DNA of 64,000 nucleotides from Antedon mediterranea. Its lineage: Eukaryota; Animalia; Echinodermata. A model generated the notes under the pieces. The model made no database searches. It saw nothing but the letters and a program-made list of their open reading frames with translations, and was not told where the DNA came from. A program made the position numbers and the translations under genes. Positions 1 through 12,318 of this stretch are shown piece after piece. The DNA is taken from contig NC_092672.1 in the NCBI RefSeq assembly GCF_964355755.1, positions 372,001 through 436,000 on the forward strand, in the 5' to 3' direction. Positions within the stretch are counted from its first letter, which is position 1. The number at the start of each line of letters is the position of its first letter.

Positions 1-153
1 TAACTTCCCAAATTTGCTTATCTACTGAATCCCAGAAAATGTCTGACCTTGTGAAAGGGTCATTTGTTGGGTCAAGTTATGTCAAAATGTATTATTTATG
101 TTATCTTAGAACCTGTTTCTATGCGTAACTAAGGATAATTGTTTTTTTAAATA

Positions 154-684
154 CAGTTGAACCTCCCGTAAGTGGCCACCCTCGGGACCTGGAAAAGTGG
201 CCGCTTACGGGCGGTGACCCCTTACGGGAGGTTCTGCCGATAAAGGGCCAAAATCACTTATTATGGCTATATACGATATTCTTAACGAAACGAGCGTCTC
301 AATTTTCCAGCTAATTGTAGGCCTATTATTATTTATAATCAGGTGGTTTAGTATTTTTTAGCATTTTCAGACAAATTTTAAAAACTTTTATCATATGAAA
401 AATGGTCGGTCAAAATCTGTGTAGTTTTCTCATCTCTTCACAGTAATGTTTTTAAAACCTCTTCAAAATAAAGCTAATATATAAAGAAATACAATAAACA
501 TGCACCTCTAATTCATAGGTCCATGCAATAAGTATCACATTTTTCGATTGGCCGCTTACAAAAAATCTCATTTTTAGTATAAAAAGGTGCCCGCAGCTGC
601 TTACGGTAAGCACCAAATGCACTAATTAGATAGGAAGAACAAACAGGCTTTTCAAAGTGCGTCCGTTAAGGGAGGTGGCCGCTG
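154..684. mobile_element. Truncated Tc1/mariner/pogo-type MITE
   Basis: TA|CAGTTGAACCTCCCGTAAGTGGCCACC terminus with subterminal GTGGCCGCTTA motifs. A matching GGGAGGTGGCCGCT occurs near 670-684, but the right terminus is missing. Confidence 0.55.
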
Positions 685-2461
685 TAAATAAAATATGGGG
701 TTTTCATGAATAAAAATAATCACAGAAGAAAGTGCTTACGAATATGACCTTGTGAAACGGTAATTTGAAAATGCAAATAAGGCATGCCTGCTAATAATCT
801 ACAAATTTAAATTTGTATGAGATAAATATGCAAAATCTAAAGAATATCTCATTTTTAGTTACCATAGTAACTGTTGCTATGCATAACTAAGGGAAATTAA
901 ATAATTATCAGATAATTATTAATTAATAATTAATAATGAATCCAACCATCACAGTAAAAAAAATATAGAATTTAAAACCAATATTTAATAATAAAGTGTG
1001 ATATTTTACATGCTGACCTTAAATGAAATGAAATTTCAAATCAGGGCTTCAATATTTGTTATGTAGCATTAACATACCTGAGTATATCATTGACTTTTGA
1101 TTGGTTCTATTTTGGGGAGGGGAAAGTGGTGGATCAAGGACTTTTAAATAGTTAGGTGGTTGAAGGCGAGGGTCTAAAAACTTAACTTTATGTCCTATCT
1201 TTTGCATTGCAATTTTTAACTTGGGGTGGGTGGGGGCTTGGAGAAAGGGGGAGGGGTGGGATGGAGTGGGATGGAGGAGTTTGAATCCGTCTATTCATTG
1301 GGGCGATGGTAGCGGCAGTGTGGGTGGTGCTTGAATGCATGCATTTGACACTCTATAGTGGATGATCGACCAAAGTGTTGCAGTTTATCTTTTTGTGGTT
1401 ATAGTCGGGGTGGGGGGGGAGGGGTGGTAGTCGAAAGTGGTGGTGGATGGGCATGTGGGATCTGCTTAGGTTAGCAAATAAAAGAAGTAAACAAATGAAA
1501 GAGGAGCTTCAAAATAAGAGAGGAGTAATCTGTTGCAAAGATTAAAATTCACAACGATCTGATAATTTATTCAAATTTCCAGAGGATATAACCTATAAAA
1601 TGACATTAAAACTGGGAATTACAGAATCTATAATTAAAAATTAATTTTTTTTCTCACAACACAACTAGAACTATATAAAACATTAAGAATTTTTCTGACC
1701 AATGAGTTTCAAATCAAATAATCAAAGAAAATAAAATGTTTTTACTAATATACCATGTTTTTTTTTTTATAAAAATGCCTATGTTTCTCGCAACACTGCT
1801 TGTAGATTTTAAATTTACCCCAGTATTTTATTTTAGAAATCAATTATTAAACATTAGAACTACCTATTTGTAATAAATCAGCTAAAAAAATACACCACTT
1901 TGGGCGTTATGGTGAAGTAAAGTTTAGTTGCATTGAACAATTTAAAAAAAGTGAAAAACACCCCTTTTTAAATAAATGGTATCTCCCAAAATATAAAATA
2001 AAAAAAAATAAAAAAATTTGAAACAGGTACACAATGCATTGTTATTATGCATACACTAATTATTTTTTATAATTAAATGAACAACACAAAAATATCGTTC
2101 ATCAAAGTAGTACCAATATCCATTTTAAAAAACCTTAAAAAAAGACAAAATTTGTCAAAAACACAAATTTGGCCGTTGCCATGGAAATATACGTGTGAAA
2201 TAAAAAATACTTCATATTTGATTTCTCTCAACACATATATAGCCATGTGCAAAATTTGAAAGAAATCCATTTTTTTGAGTCTGCCACTTTTTTTGATATT
2301 TCTTTGATTCTTACAGACAATGGCTCTTAAGTATCTTCTTTTGTAAAATAAAAACCATCATCTGATTCCATTATACCAAAACAATTATAATAGAACATCT
2401 TAATACAGTTTCTAAGTACAACCTTAGTATGCCGCTCCTCTCTTTCCTTCTTATTTTGTAG

Positions 2462-5400
2462 GTCAAACCTTTGCGGGCACATCAGAATCAATGGTAACTC
2501 CGAGAACAAACGGAACACAAGGTACGACACAATAGTTACGATATACAACATAACGACATTTTCAGTACCACATACCTTACTATTTGACTTTAAATAATAT
2601 AAATAAACTTTAATTTTAAAATTGTTTCTCTCTCTCTTACTCTGACAAAACGTGATCTAGGTCCCACTTCAGAGTACACGTCAGAATCAACTTAAAAGAT
2701 AGTCCAACACAAGGCAGGATCATTATATCAGTTACAAAAATCCATACGTTTATACATCAGTCAAAAAACATCTATTTTCACCTAGAAAGCATCTTCCTAT
2801 TTTGACTTTAAAATAAATAATGGCCTTGATTCCATCCAAAATCTACCGTATATAATAATATATAATTACCATAATTATTATGAATAATTTATTTATAATT
2901 ATTTTGTTATATATTTACAGAAATGGATTTTCTAAGTGAAATTTCAAATTTATCCAAGGTATTGTGCAAGTTAATAGCGAAACATGAATAGTTATAACAT
3001 AAAACGTTCATAATTTGAATAACACCTTTTTCAAGGAAAGTGTTTGATTATAACGGATAACAATATTGACTCTATTGCCATATAACCATGTCAAAGATGG
3101 CTTTCATTTATTCATTAGAATATCACTGAGGAAAATGTAGAATATGTTGCTAGAGATTTGGAACAACTCACGTATAGAAAAGAAAAAACAGAAGAGGGTC
3201 TATTACCGGCTGAAATTAAAGAGATCTCACATGTACTAGAAAGCATCGTGCAAGTTAAATCACCAAATCAAAATGTTAGTATCGCAAACAATATTGTCTT
3301 ACATTTACCATCATCATCGTAATAATAATTATCATCCTCTTCATCATCGTTATCGTCATCGTTATTATCATCATTTATCATCATGCTGCACCTCTACCTT
3401 CTCATACTCGTCACAGCATCAACGTAACCAACATCATCACCATAATTATTAACATCTTTATTGTCGACATCATCAGTTTTGATTGTATGATTTCTTTTGT
3501 CGTTTTCGTCTTCATCTATGATCGGCACTGATAAAAACAATCTTTGTATTTGCATAACAGGTGACAGAAGCTGTAGTTGGAACAATGAATACTGTTCTTT
3601 CTTCTAATTCCTCTCCTTTTGGGTTAGAAAAAGCAACCACGTCACAGCTCCTTCAATCTTTAGAACAACAAATCGCTACAACCGCTACCGATGGCCAGAA
3701 TTATACGCAGAAAGAAACTATCATTTCGATTACAACGTTTAATTTTGAACCGAAAGAATTACAGTCAGATGTTGTGTTTTTTGTAAACAATCAATTCTCT
3801 GACATATGTGTTGATGATACTTGTGGAAACAATGATAATGTTATGCGTTATTCTATTACACTTCCAAAGTCAATTTTGCTTCCCAGAACTGGTAGCGTAT
3901 ATTTTTTTTTCTTTTTATAACTAACACTGTTCCCTTCAATTCATTTCATTTTGAATTTAAATATATTTTTGACACAAACTTGAACTACAGTTGGTATTAT
4001 TATTAATCTAAAATTAAAATAGACTGGGTTACAATACTAAATTATTATGGTCGTTGTAACTCGTAGTTTCGGGCAGCTTCTAGGTCGGGATTCACTGAAC
4101 AACCCTTTGAAAATGTTACTTTATACTGAATTTTGTCGTTCTAGGAATTATGAACAACGTGAGCTTCGTCACTGAATTTAATACGAACCTGTTCCAGTCT
4201 ACCATGAAATATTTACAAATATCAGACGTGGTTCTATCAGCTACTATTTACGACGAAAACCTCCCAAATGTATTTGATGAACCAGTTACTGTGGTTTACA
4301 GAATGGCAATGGTATGTACAGTGGAATTATTGTTTTCATTACAATTTAACAGATTTAATCCACTACAGTATATGATGATTCAATGTAGGCCTACCAAAAG
4401 AAACTTTATAGATTGTGCACCTAAGAGATTGCGCACCTAAGAGATTGCGCACCTAAGAGATTGCGCACCTAAGAGATTGCGCACCTAAGAGATTGCGCAC
4501 CTAAGAGATTGTAAGATTGTATCTCAGTATATTATGCATATTATGTTCATTACAGAACAGTACAACAGTAACACCTTCCTGTGTATTTTGGAACGAATCT
4601 TTAAACGAGCTTGGCGATTGGTCAGATAAAGGCTGCAAGTTGACAGAAATCAACTACGAAGGCAGTATAACATGTCAATGTACACATTTAACCAATTTCG
4701 CCATTTTGTTTGTAAGTAAATACTAACTATAATCATTAAGAACACAATCTATGTCATGTACGAGAGTGATGTGACTTTTGTTTTTGACTGTAACTCAGAA
4801 AAAATATAATTTCTATGTACATTTTATATGCAAATGACGATAAATGGAAGTAATTTTGCACTGATGAATGAATGAATGTCAGCAATGTTCTTTTAACTTT
4901 CTTTCTAAACGATTGATACATTATATTTACATAACAGTTTCCAAATGATATGGTTCCAGCTGTCGATCGATTTCTTGAGCTAGTAACATACATAGGCTGT
5001 GGAATGTCCGTCATTTGTCTCACATTAACTATCGTAACCATTCTTTTTAATAAGTAAGTTATTTCGTTTCATTTCTCTTTATTTCGGAATTCATAGAAAA
5101 CAGTACATATTATTTAAAAACTAATCCATCAAAGATGATATCAGCATGTTTGATAGTACATTTGAAATAACTGTTCGTTTGTTCTATTACGTATTCTTTC
5201 TTTATACCAGTCTTTATTCTGAATGATACTTTTAATACATTGCTTTTGAAGTGGCTCAGTACGTAAATCATTCTGAATGATACTTTTAATACATTGCTTT
5301 TGAAGTGGCTCAGTACGTAAATCAACAATATGTAATATAGTAAATTTTAATAAAAATTATTATTAATATAAATTCATTAAGGGACGATTGATAAAGAGCG

Positions 5401-8037
5401 AAATATTTGAACATTTAACGAAAAGCGCCTGCCTGCAATTGTTTCTGTACAAATTAGCTATTTTCACACATATTTAAATAAATTGATAATGTATATTTCA
5501 TATAACAATCATGACTTATTTTCACAGAAAGCTGCGTGTTCGTCCGCCTCAAATCATAATGATAAACTTGTGTATATCCTTGCTGTGTTTGTACCTCATA
5601 TTCATGTTAGGTATTGAGCTACCAGATCCTGGAACAACATCATGTAAATTGGTTGCTGTACTCATCCATTATTTTCTGCTATCCTCTATTGCCTGGACGT
5701 CCGTGGAAGCTATCAATATGTATTACCTAGTTGTAAAGGTATTTGACACGCCGAAATCGTCATTTATATGGATGGGAGCAGTATTTGCTTGGGGTATGAT
5801 TAGCGTTTTCTTTTATTTGTTTATTATTATAGTTCATTCTCTAAAAAAGAATCAGGTACTTTTTTAAAACATTTCTAAAGATCATGTGATTACCCGTGAT
5901 TATACAAATATGATTTATGGTAGAAATCATGACTGCTCACCTAAACAGTACACAATGATACCATAATCATCGTCCTTCTCACCCACAGTACACAGAGATA
6001 CCGTAATCATCGTCCTTCTCACCCGCAGTACACAGTGATGCCGTAATCATCGTCCTTCTCACCTACAGTACACAGTGATACCGTAATCATCGTCCTTCTC
6101 ACCCACAGTACACAGTGATACCGTAATCATCGTCCTTCTCACCCACAGTACACAGTGATACCGTAATCATCGTCCTTCTCACCCGCAGTACACAGTGATG
6201 CCGTAATCATCGTCCTTCTCACCTACAGTACACAGTGATACCGTAATCATCGTCCTTCTCACCCACAGTACACAGTGATACCGTACTCATCGTCCTTCTC
6301 ACCCACAGTACACAGTGATACCGTAATCATCGTCTTTCTCACCCACAGTACACAGTGATGCCGTAATCATCGTCCTTCTCACCCACAGTACACAGTGATA
6401 CCGTAATCATCGTCCTTCTCACCCACAGTACACAGTGATACCGTACTCATCGTCCTCCTCACCCACAGTACACAGTGATACCGTAATCATCGTCCTTCTC
6501 ACCCACAGTACACAGTGATACCGTAATCATCGTCCTTCTCACCCACAGTACACAGTGATACCGTAATCATCGTCCTTCTCACCCGCAGTACACAGTGATT
6601 CCGTAATCATCGTCGCTCTCACCTACAGTACACAGTGATACCGTAATCATCGTCCTTCTCACCCACAGTACACAGTGATACCGTACTCATCGTCCTTCTC
6701 ACCCACAGTACACAGTGATGCCGTAATCATCGTCCTTCTCACCCACAGTACACAGTGATACCGTAATCATCGTCCTTCTCACCCACAGTACACAGTGATA
6801 CCGTACTCATCGTCCTCCTCACCCACAGCACAGTACACAGTGATACCGTAATCATCGTCCTTCTCACCCACAGTACACAGTGATACCGTACTCATCGTCC
6901 TTCTCACCCACAGTACACAGTGATACCGTAATCATCGTCCTTCTCACCCACAGTACACAGTGATACCGTAATCATGCGTCCTTCTCACCCACAGTACACA
7001 GTGATACCGTACTCATCGTCCTTCTAATAATATTTTCCTTTTCTTACATTAATGTAGGTACTCCATTTGTTATAGTGGTTGCTTTACTTCTTATCGAGTT
7101 ATATAGACCTTTTGGAAATTCTACGAAAACATCATTCTATGAAAACGATGCATAGTAAGTAGGCCTAATGTCATTGTTACATGTCTCTCATAAGTGAATC
7201 ATAAATGAAAATATTATTATTTTAACTTAAATGGTTCTGCAAAGATGACTCTAAGAAACTTTCTTCCTAAAACAACAAATATGTTAAATCAATCTTTATT
7301 TGCATTTTCTGTACTTTTATCGTTTCTTGTTGTTTACAGCATTTAATATCATAATGTTTATCTTACAGCTGTTACATAGCAAGTGACGTCACATCATATC
7401 GTTTCTTGTTGTTTACAGCATTTAATATCATAATGTTTATCTTACAGCTGTTACATAGCAAGTGACGTCACATCATATCGTTTCTTGTTGTTTACAGCAT
7501 TAAATATCATAATGTTTATCTTACAGCTGTTACATAGCAAATGACGTCACATCATATCGTCTGGAATACATATGCGTTCTACTGGCTCCGATTTGTTCCG
7601 TCGTCCTCTGTAACTGTATCATCTTTACACGAGTTATCTATAAGCTGTTCATTGTAGGTACAATGCCGTCAAGAAAGCATCAAGGATCGCCGAAAGAAAA
7701 GAAAAAACGAGTTTCAAATTCTATAGCAATATGTCTACTTTTAGGTCTCACTTGGATGTTTGGGTTCCTTTCATTCGACTACCCTGGTAACGTGGTATTC
7801 CTAACTTTGTTCTGCATTTTAAACTCTTTCCAGGGCGTTGCTATCTTCTATTTATTTTGTATCAGAAATGAAGAATGTCAAAACGTCTGGAAAATATGCA
7901 GACGTAAAAAAGTTCACAATCGTATCCATTCAGACGACAAACAAGTAATAATGACCATAACAAACAAAACTATAAATGTAACATCTGCATCGTCAGCATA
8001 TCCAGAACGAAAAATTCTGGTCAACAATTTTCTTTAA
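2462..8037 (+). CDS. Adhesion G protein-coupled receptor (ADGRG/GPR126/GPR112-like; Ser/Thr stalk, GAIN/GPS, 7TM), 5'-incomplete
   Basis: Phase-consistent GT-AG exons: 2462-2521 (tentative), 2921-2958, 3119-3274, 3561-3891, 4145-4311, 4556-4711, 4938-5053, 5528-5793, 7058-7154, 7527-8037 (TAA). GPS motif [22 protein letters not shown]|TNFAILF. Seven hydrophobic segments including [41 protein letters not shown] and FCILNSFQG. No start codon or signal peptide identified. Confidence 0.9.
4411..4511. repeat. 16-bp tandem repeat GATTGCGCACCTAAGA, ~6 copies
   Basis: Read directly; GPCR intron. Confidence 0.95.
5216..5324. repeat. 54-bp direct duplication
   Basis: ATTCTGAATGATACTTTT...GTACGTAAATC occurs twice. 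Confidence 0.9.
5946..7025. repeat. 40-bp minisatellite ACAGTACACAGTGATACCGTAATCATCGTCCTTCTCACCC, ~27 copies
   Basis: Read directly; ends about 30 nt before a GPCR splice acceptor. Confidence 0.97.
7319..7560. repeat. 79-bp triplication spanning the last GPCR splice acceptor
   Basis: cttacag|CTGTTACATAGC occurs with the AG ending at 7368, 7447 and 7526. Confidence 0.95.
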
Positions 8038-8525
8038 ATTAACGAATTCTTCTGATACAAAATTAGAATGTTTAAAGCATTGTGTGTTATTTTTCGGACC
8101 ATCAGAGAGCCTGTGTAGTTTTAAGCAAGCCCTGTTTAGTTACCTTTTTGCAAGAACATTCATAACAAAGTTTGTTAAGTGGTTTATCCATCTATGTTTC
8201 CTATGTAATATATTCGGCCCTGGACACATGACAGTCTTGGTGTCCATAGTTTTAAGTACAGTCTTATTTAAATGTTAAAAGTATGTCTATACCTATTTTT
8301 AAATACAATTGCAGTATTACAATACATACACGATAAAGTTTTAAAAGAATTACAATACTTATGTTACCGTAACATTAGGCCTAATGTTATCGTAACATTA
8401 GGCCTAATGTTATAGACGTATTTTGAAATAGAACTTTTATAATTAATAACAATTGTTGTTGTCTACGTTAGCGTTGTCAAAGAAATAATATCGCACAAGT
8501 CATAGAACGATGTTGGTGTTGAAAA

Positions 8526-9104
8526 ATGACATTAAACATAGACTTGCCTTAATGGTCTGCATGCTAAAATGTCATTAAACATAGACTTGCCTTAATGGTC
8601 TGCATGCTATGACATTAAACATAGACTTGCCTTAATGGTCTGCATGCTATGACATTAAACATAGACTTGCCTTAATGGTCTGCATACTATGACATTAAAC
8701 ATAGACTTGCCTTAATGGTCTGCATGCTATGCCATTAAACATAGACTTGCCTTAATGGTCTGCATGCTAAAATGACATTAAACATAGACTTGCCTTAATG
8801 GTCTGCATGCTATGACATTAAACATAGACTTGCCTTAATGGTCTGCATGCTAAAATGACATTAAACATAGACTTGCCTTAATGGTCTGCATGCTAAAATG
8901 ACATTAAACAGAGACTTGCCTTAATGGTCTGCATGCTATGACATTAAACATAGACTTGCCTTAATGGTCTGCATGCTATGACATTAAACATAGACTTGCC
9001 TTAATGGTCTGCATGATAAAATGACATTAAACATAGACTTGCCTTAATGGTCTGCATGCTAAAATGACATTAAACATAGACTTGCCTTAATGGTCTGCAT
9101 GCTA
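8526..9104. repeat. 40/43-bp minisatellite ATGACATTAAACATAGACTTGCCTTAATGGTCTGCATGCT(AAA), ~14 copies
   Basis: Read directly. Confidence 0.97.
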
Positions 9105-10027
9105 TCGTTTGTGATCTTCGAAATAAATACCTCAATAACCAAAAAGATATATTTCTTCTGTATAGTAAGTGAAAATAATAATGTTCTCTACTATGTAAAT
9201 AAAGCAAGAATTTAGCATTTATTTTTTTTTGTTTTTGTGATTTTTCATCACTTCGTTGGTCTCAACATTCCGCCTACCCTCAAAGTTGCCTTGTAGAGAT
9301 AACAAATGTTATGCATGTTCGTAGAGAAAATTTAGAAACGAAGGATGGATTTATTAATTCAGCAAATCAATATGATGGACAGGACCGAACAGCAATTGTA
9401 ACTAATGACTTAACCAATAATTTTAAACACAACAGCATCTCCACTCCAGTTCCATTCTCAAGAATGCCGCCGTTGTATATGCGTCTATTATAATGAATAA
9501 GTCCATACACCATTATCTAATGCATACGTATTCTGCAAATGAAACTCACAAACCAATCCTACAGTTGTAAATATTTTGTTGAAATCTGCCAAGTCGGCCA
9601 TAAACCATTACGTAATACATGCGTATTTTGATTGGTTGAAGTATCCTGCAAATGAAACTCACGAACAAATCCTACAGTTGTGCATATTTGTTGAAATCTG
9701 CCAATTAAATTGTTCATAGAACGTTGGATATTTGCATACCATAACACACCATTCCTCAACTCATAGAGAAGGATTTGTGCGGTTTGTTCGTTTCTGTGAA
9801 GAGAAGCATGAGACACCGCGACAATGTAGGCCTGGTGAGTGACAATCGTGTTAGGGTAAGCCGTCGCCATAATTTTATTTTCTTGCAAAGTTGAATATTT
9901 AATTTGTATTATAATTTCTTTAATATAAATTAATGTTTTGATACACATAAGATGTTCTACCGTGAGAATTATTTTGACTATTTGATTGGTTGTGAGGCTG
10001 GTGGAGTTAGCACGACTTTTCATTAAA

Positions 10028-10234
10028 ACAGGCTATCTCTGTACATTGACGTTTCGCCTCCGTATAATGTATAGCGATACCAATACATTTATTTACAGGC
10101 TATCTCTGTACATTGACGTTTCGCCTCCGTATAATGTGTATAGCGATACCAATGCATTTATTTACAGGCTATCCTATCTCTGTACATTGACGTTTCGCCT
10201 CCGTATAATGTATAGCGATACCAATGCATTTATT
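10028..10234. repeat. ~67-bp tandem repeat, 3 copies
   Basis: ACAGGCTATCTCTGTACATTGACGTTTCGCCTCCGTATAATG.. occurs three times. Confidence 0.92.
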
Positions 10235-12267
10235 TGAGATTATTATAAACAAAAGACGATTCAATATTTATTCGAAATTCTCGATTTGTTCTACGACATG
10301 ATTTTTCATCACTTGTTGTTGTCGGTATCGCGTATTATTTTGGATTTACTCGTTTAACGTTGCATTAAAAAAGATTTTTCTTCACGTTATTTGTATATTT
10401 TCTCTATAAACTTATATTTTTGTGTCATCGTTTATTTCAACACTGATTTTTAGGTAAGTATATCGAAGCTGGTTCGGTACCAACAGGGTTGATATACAAC
10501 AAATCGATGAGTAAATTTTTATTCGAAACAAGATATTTTTTATCACTTTGATTTTTAGTTTCGTCGTTGTAACCTATATTTTCAATCTTTTAGCGTAACA
10601 GAGAGTTTTTCTTCGAATATGTTCACATTTCGTACATTTTATCCTAATAGGTTTTTTTATCACTTTGAATTTTGCTTTCGTCGATTTTTCTTCTCGTCGA
10701 TTTCTTTTCGTCGTTATAACTGATAGCAAATTGTTTTTATTTTCATCTTTTCTTCGAATAGTTTCACGTTTTTAGATATTTTCTGTACATAATTTTATGT
10801 TTGTGACGTGTGAATGTCGTTTACGGTATTTCAACACTAATAGATGTAGGTAACTACATCGAAGTTGGTTCGGACCAAAATTATGTTTAAGTCGATGCGT
10901 ATTTTTTCGAATTTCTCGGATTTGTTCTGCGACAGGATTCTTTCATCACTTCGATATTTGTTTTCATCGGTTTTACTATCGCGAATTATTTTGATTTTCA
11001 TCGTACCGATACATTTTCTCGAAATAGTTTAACGTTTCATCGTCGTTTCGGTACTTGATGCATTAGGTTAGTATCAAAGTTATTCGGACCGACATTATGT
11101 CAAAAACGGATTGAGGAGTGTGTGTTTTTCCAGTTTCCTGATTTGTTCTGCGACAAGATTTTTCATCCCTCGATTTTTCATCGTTATTACGTATCACGAA
11201 TTACTTTTTCATCTGTTAGCGTAATGGAAAGTTTTTCCATTTCACATTTGTACATTTTGTCATCGTCGTTATTTCGTTATCACAGTATTATTTTGTCATC
11301 ACTTCGACAACTGCGGCGTCTCACATGACGAGTTTATTCCAGATTTGGTCTGCGACAGCATTATTTCATTGTTCAATAATCGCGAATTATGTTTTTTTGT
11401 ATGATTTTCGTAACTAGCTAGTTTTTCTTCGTTTCTCCGTACCTCTTCGATACGCTACGTTTGTTTGTGTTATCGATTTTTTCGAGACTATTTGATGCAT
11501 TAGGTAAGTATCGAAAGTGGTTCGCACCGACATTTTGTTTCAGATTATATACCAACCAAAGAATTGTTTATCCTTCGATGTTTGTTTTCATCGTTATAAC
11601 CTATTTAAAATATTTTAGCGTATATAACCAACAAACATTTTTCTTCGATTTTTTTTAACATTTTCGTACCTTTTCTCTTAATCGATGATCGAAGTTTCGG
11701 TACCAACGAGACGAGTTTTTGATTTGTTCATCACTTCGATTTTTTATTTCATCGTTCTCTTTTTGTTCTTGATCTACTTCTTTATACAGTTACTTCGATT
11801 TTGTTGTCACCTTTATCGTTTATTTATTTTTCTTCTAATCGTAATCGTCTTCCCATTACATTTATTTTAATAATTTAAAAAAGAGGAGGAAAAAGGTGGC
11901 CTTCACGTGGCCTACCAGTGAAACCTGGGAAACCGACACCTTTATTTTATATTATTATTAAGGCTGCAATTGAGAAAGGTTGGGCTGACAAGGGAGTGGT
12001 AAAACTCCCTGGCTGACCATCCACTAAAATTTGCGCCGTATGTTAAAAGATTATTTTCATCGAGGGGCCTATAAGCACTGTATGCTTATATCCTGGGAAT
12101 CAAGTAAACAAGTAATTAGTTAGAAATTCAAGGTTAAAATCCGTTGGAATAATATTTTATTAACGCGTTACTGAATCTTTGTAATTAATTAACGCGTTAC
12201 ACATCTTATTTGACGAGAATTGACACTCGCCCACGCCTAACCTCAGAGTTCGTTCGTTAGAGGATTT

Positions 12268-12281
12268 GCGGCGATTTTGAA
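12268..12281 (+). promoter_or_regulatory. CDE/CHR-like cell-cycle element upstream of the RAD51C ATG
   Basis: GCGG, a 4-nt spacer, then TTTGAA, ending 37 nt before the ATG. This matches the canonical DREAM/MuvB CDE-CHR spacing. Confidence 0.5.
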
Positions 12282-12318
12282 ATGTAGGCCTAAATATTTT
12301 GATATTTTAGTTGTACAA

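Noticed and set aside
690-2330. Large TTAA-ended transposon with G-rich interior
   Set aside because: The right end (..GGCTC|TTAA at about 2326) looks element-like, but no matching left TIR or TSD was found in the window, so it was not called.
3300-3520. Asp-rich minus-strand ORF 3394-3585
   Set aside because: A degenerate (CAT/CGT)n microsatellite inside a GPCR intron.
9559-10023. 154-aa minus-strand ORF, and a plus-strand exon-like segment at about 9720-9834
   Set aside because: No recognisable domain, overlaps a local duplication, and no partner exons could be linked in phase.
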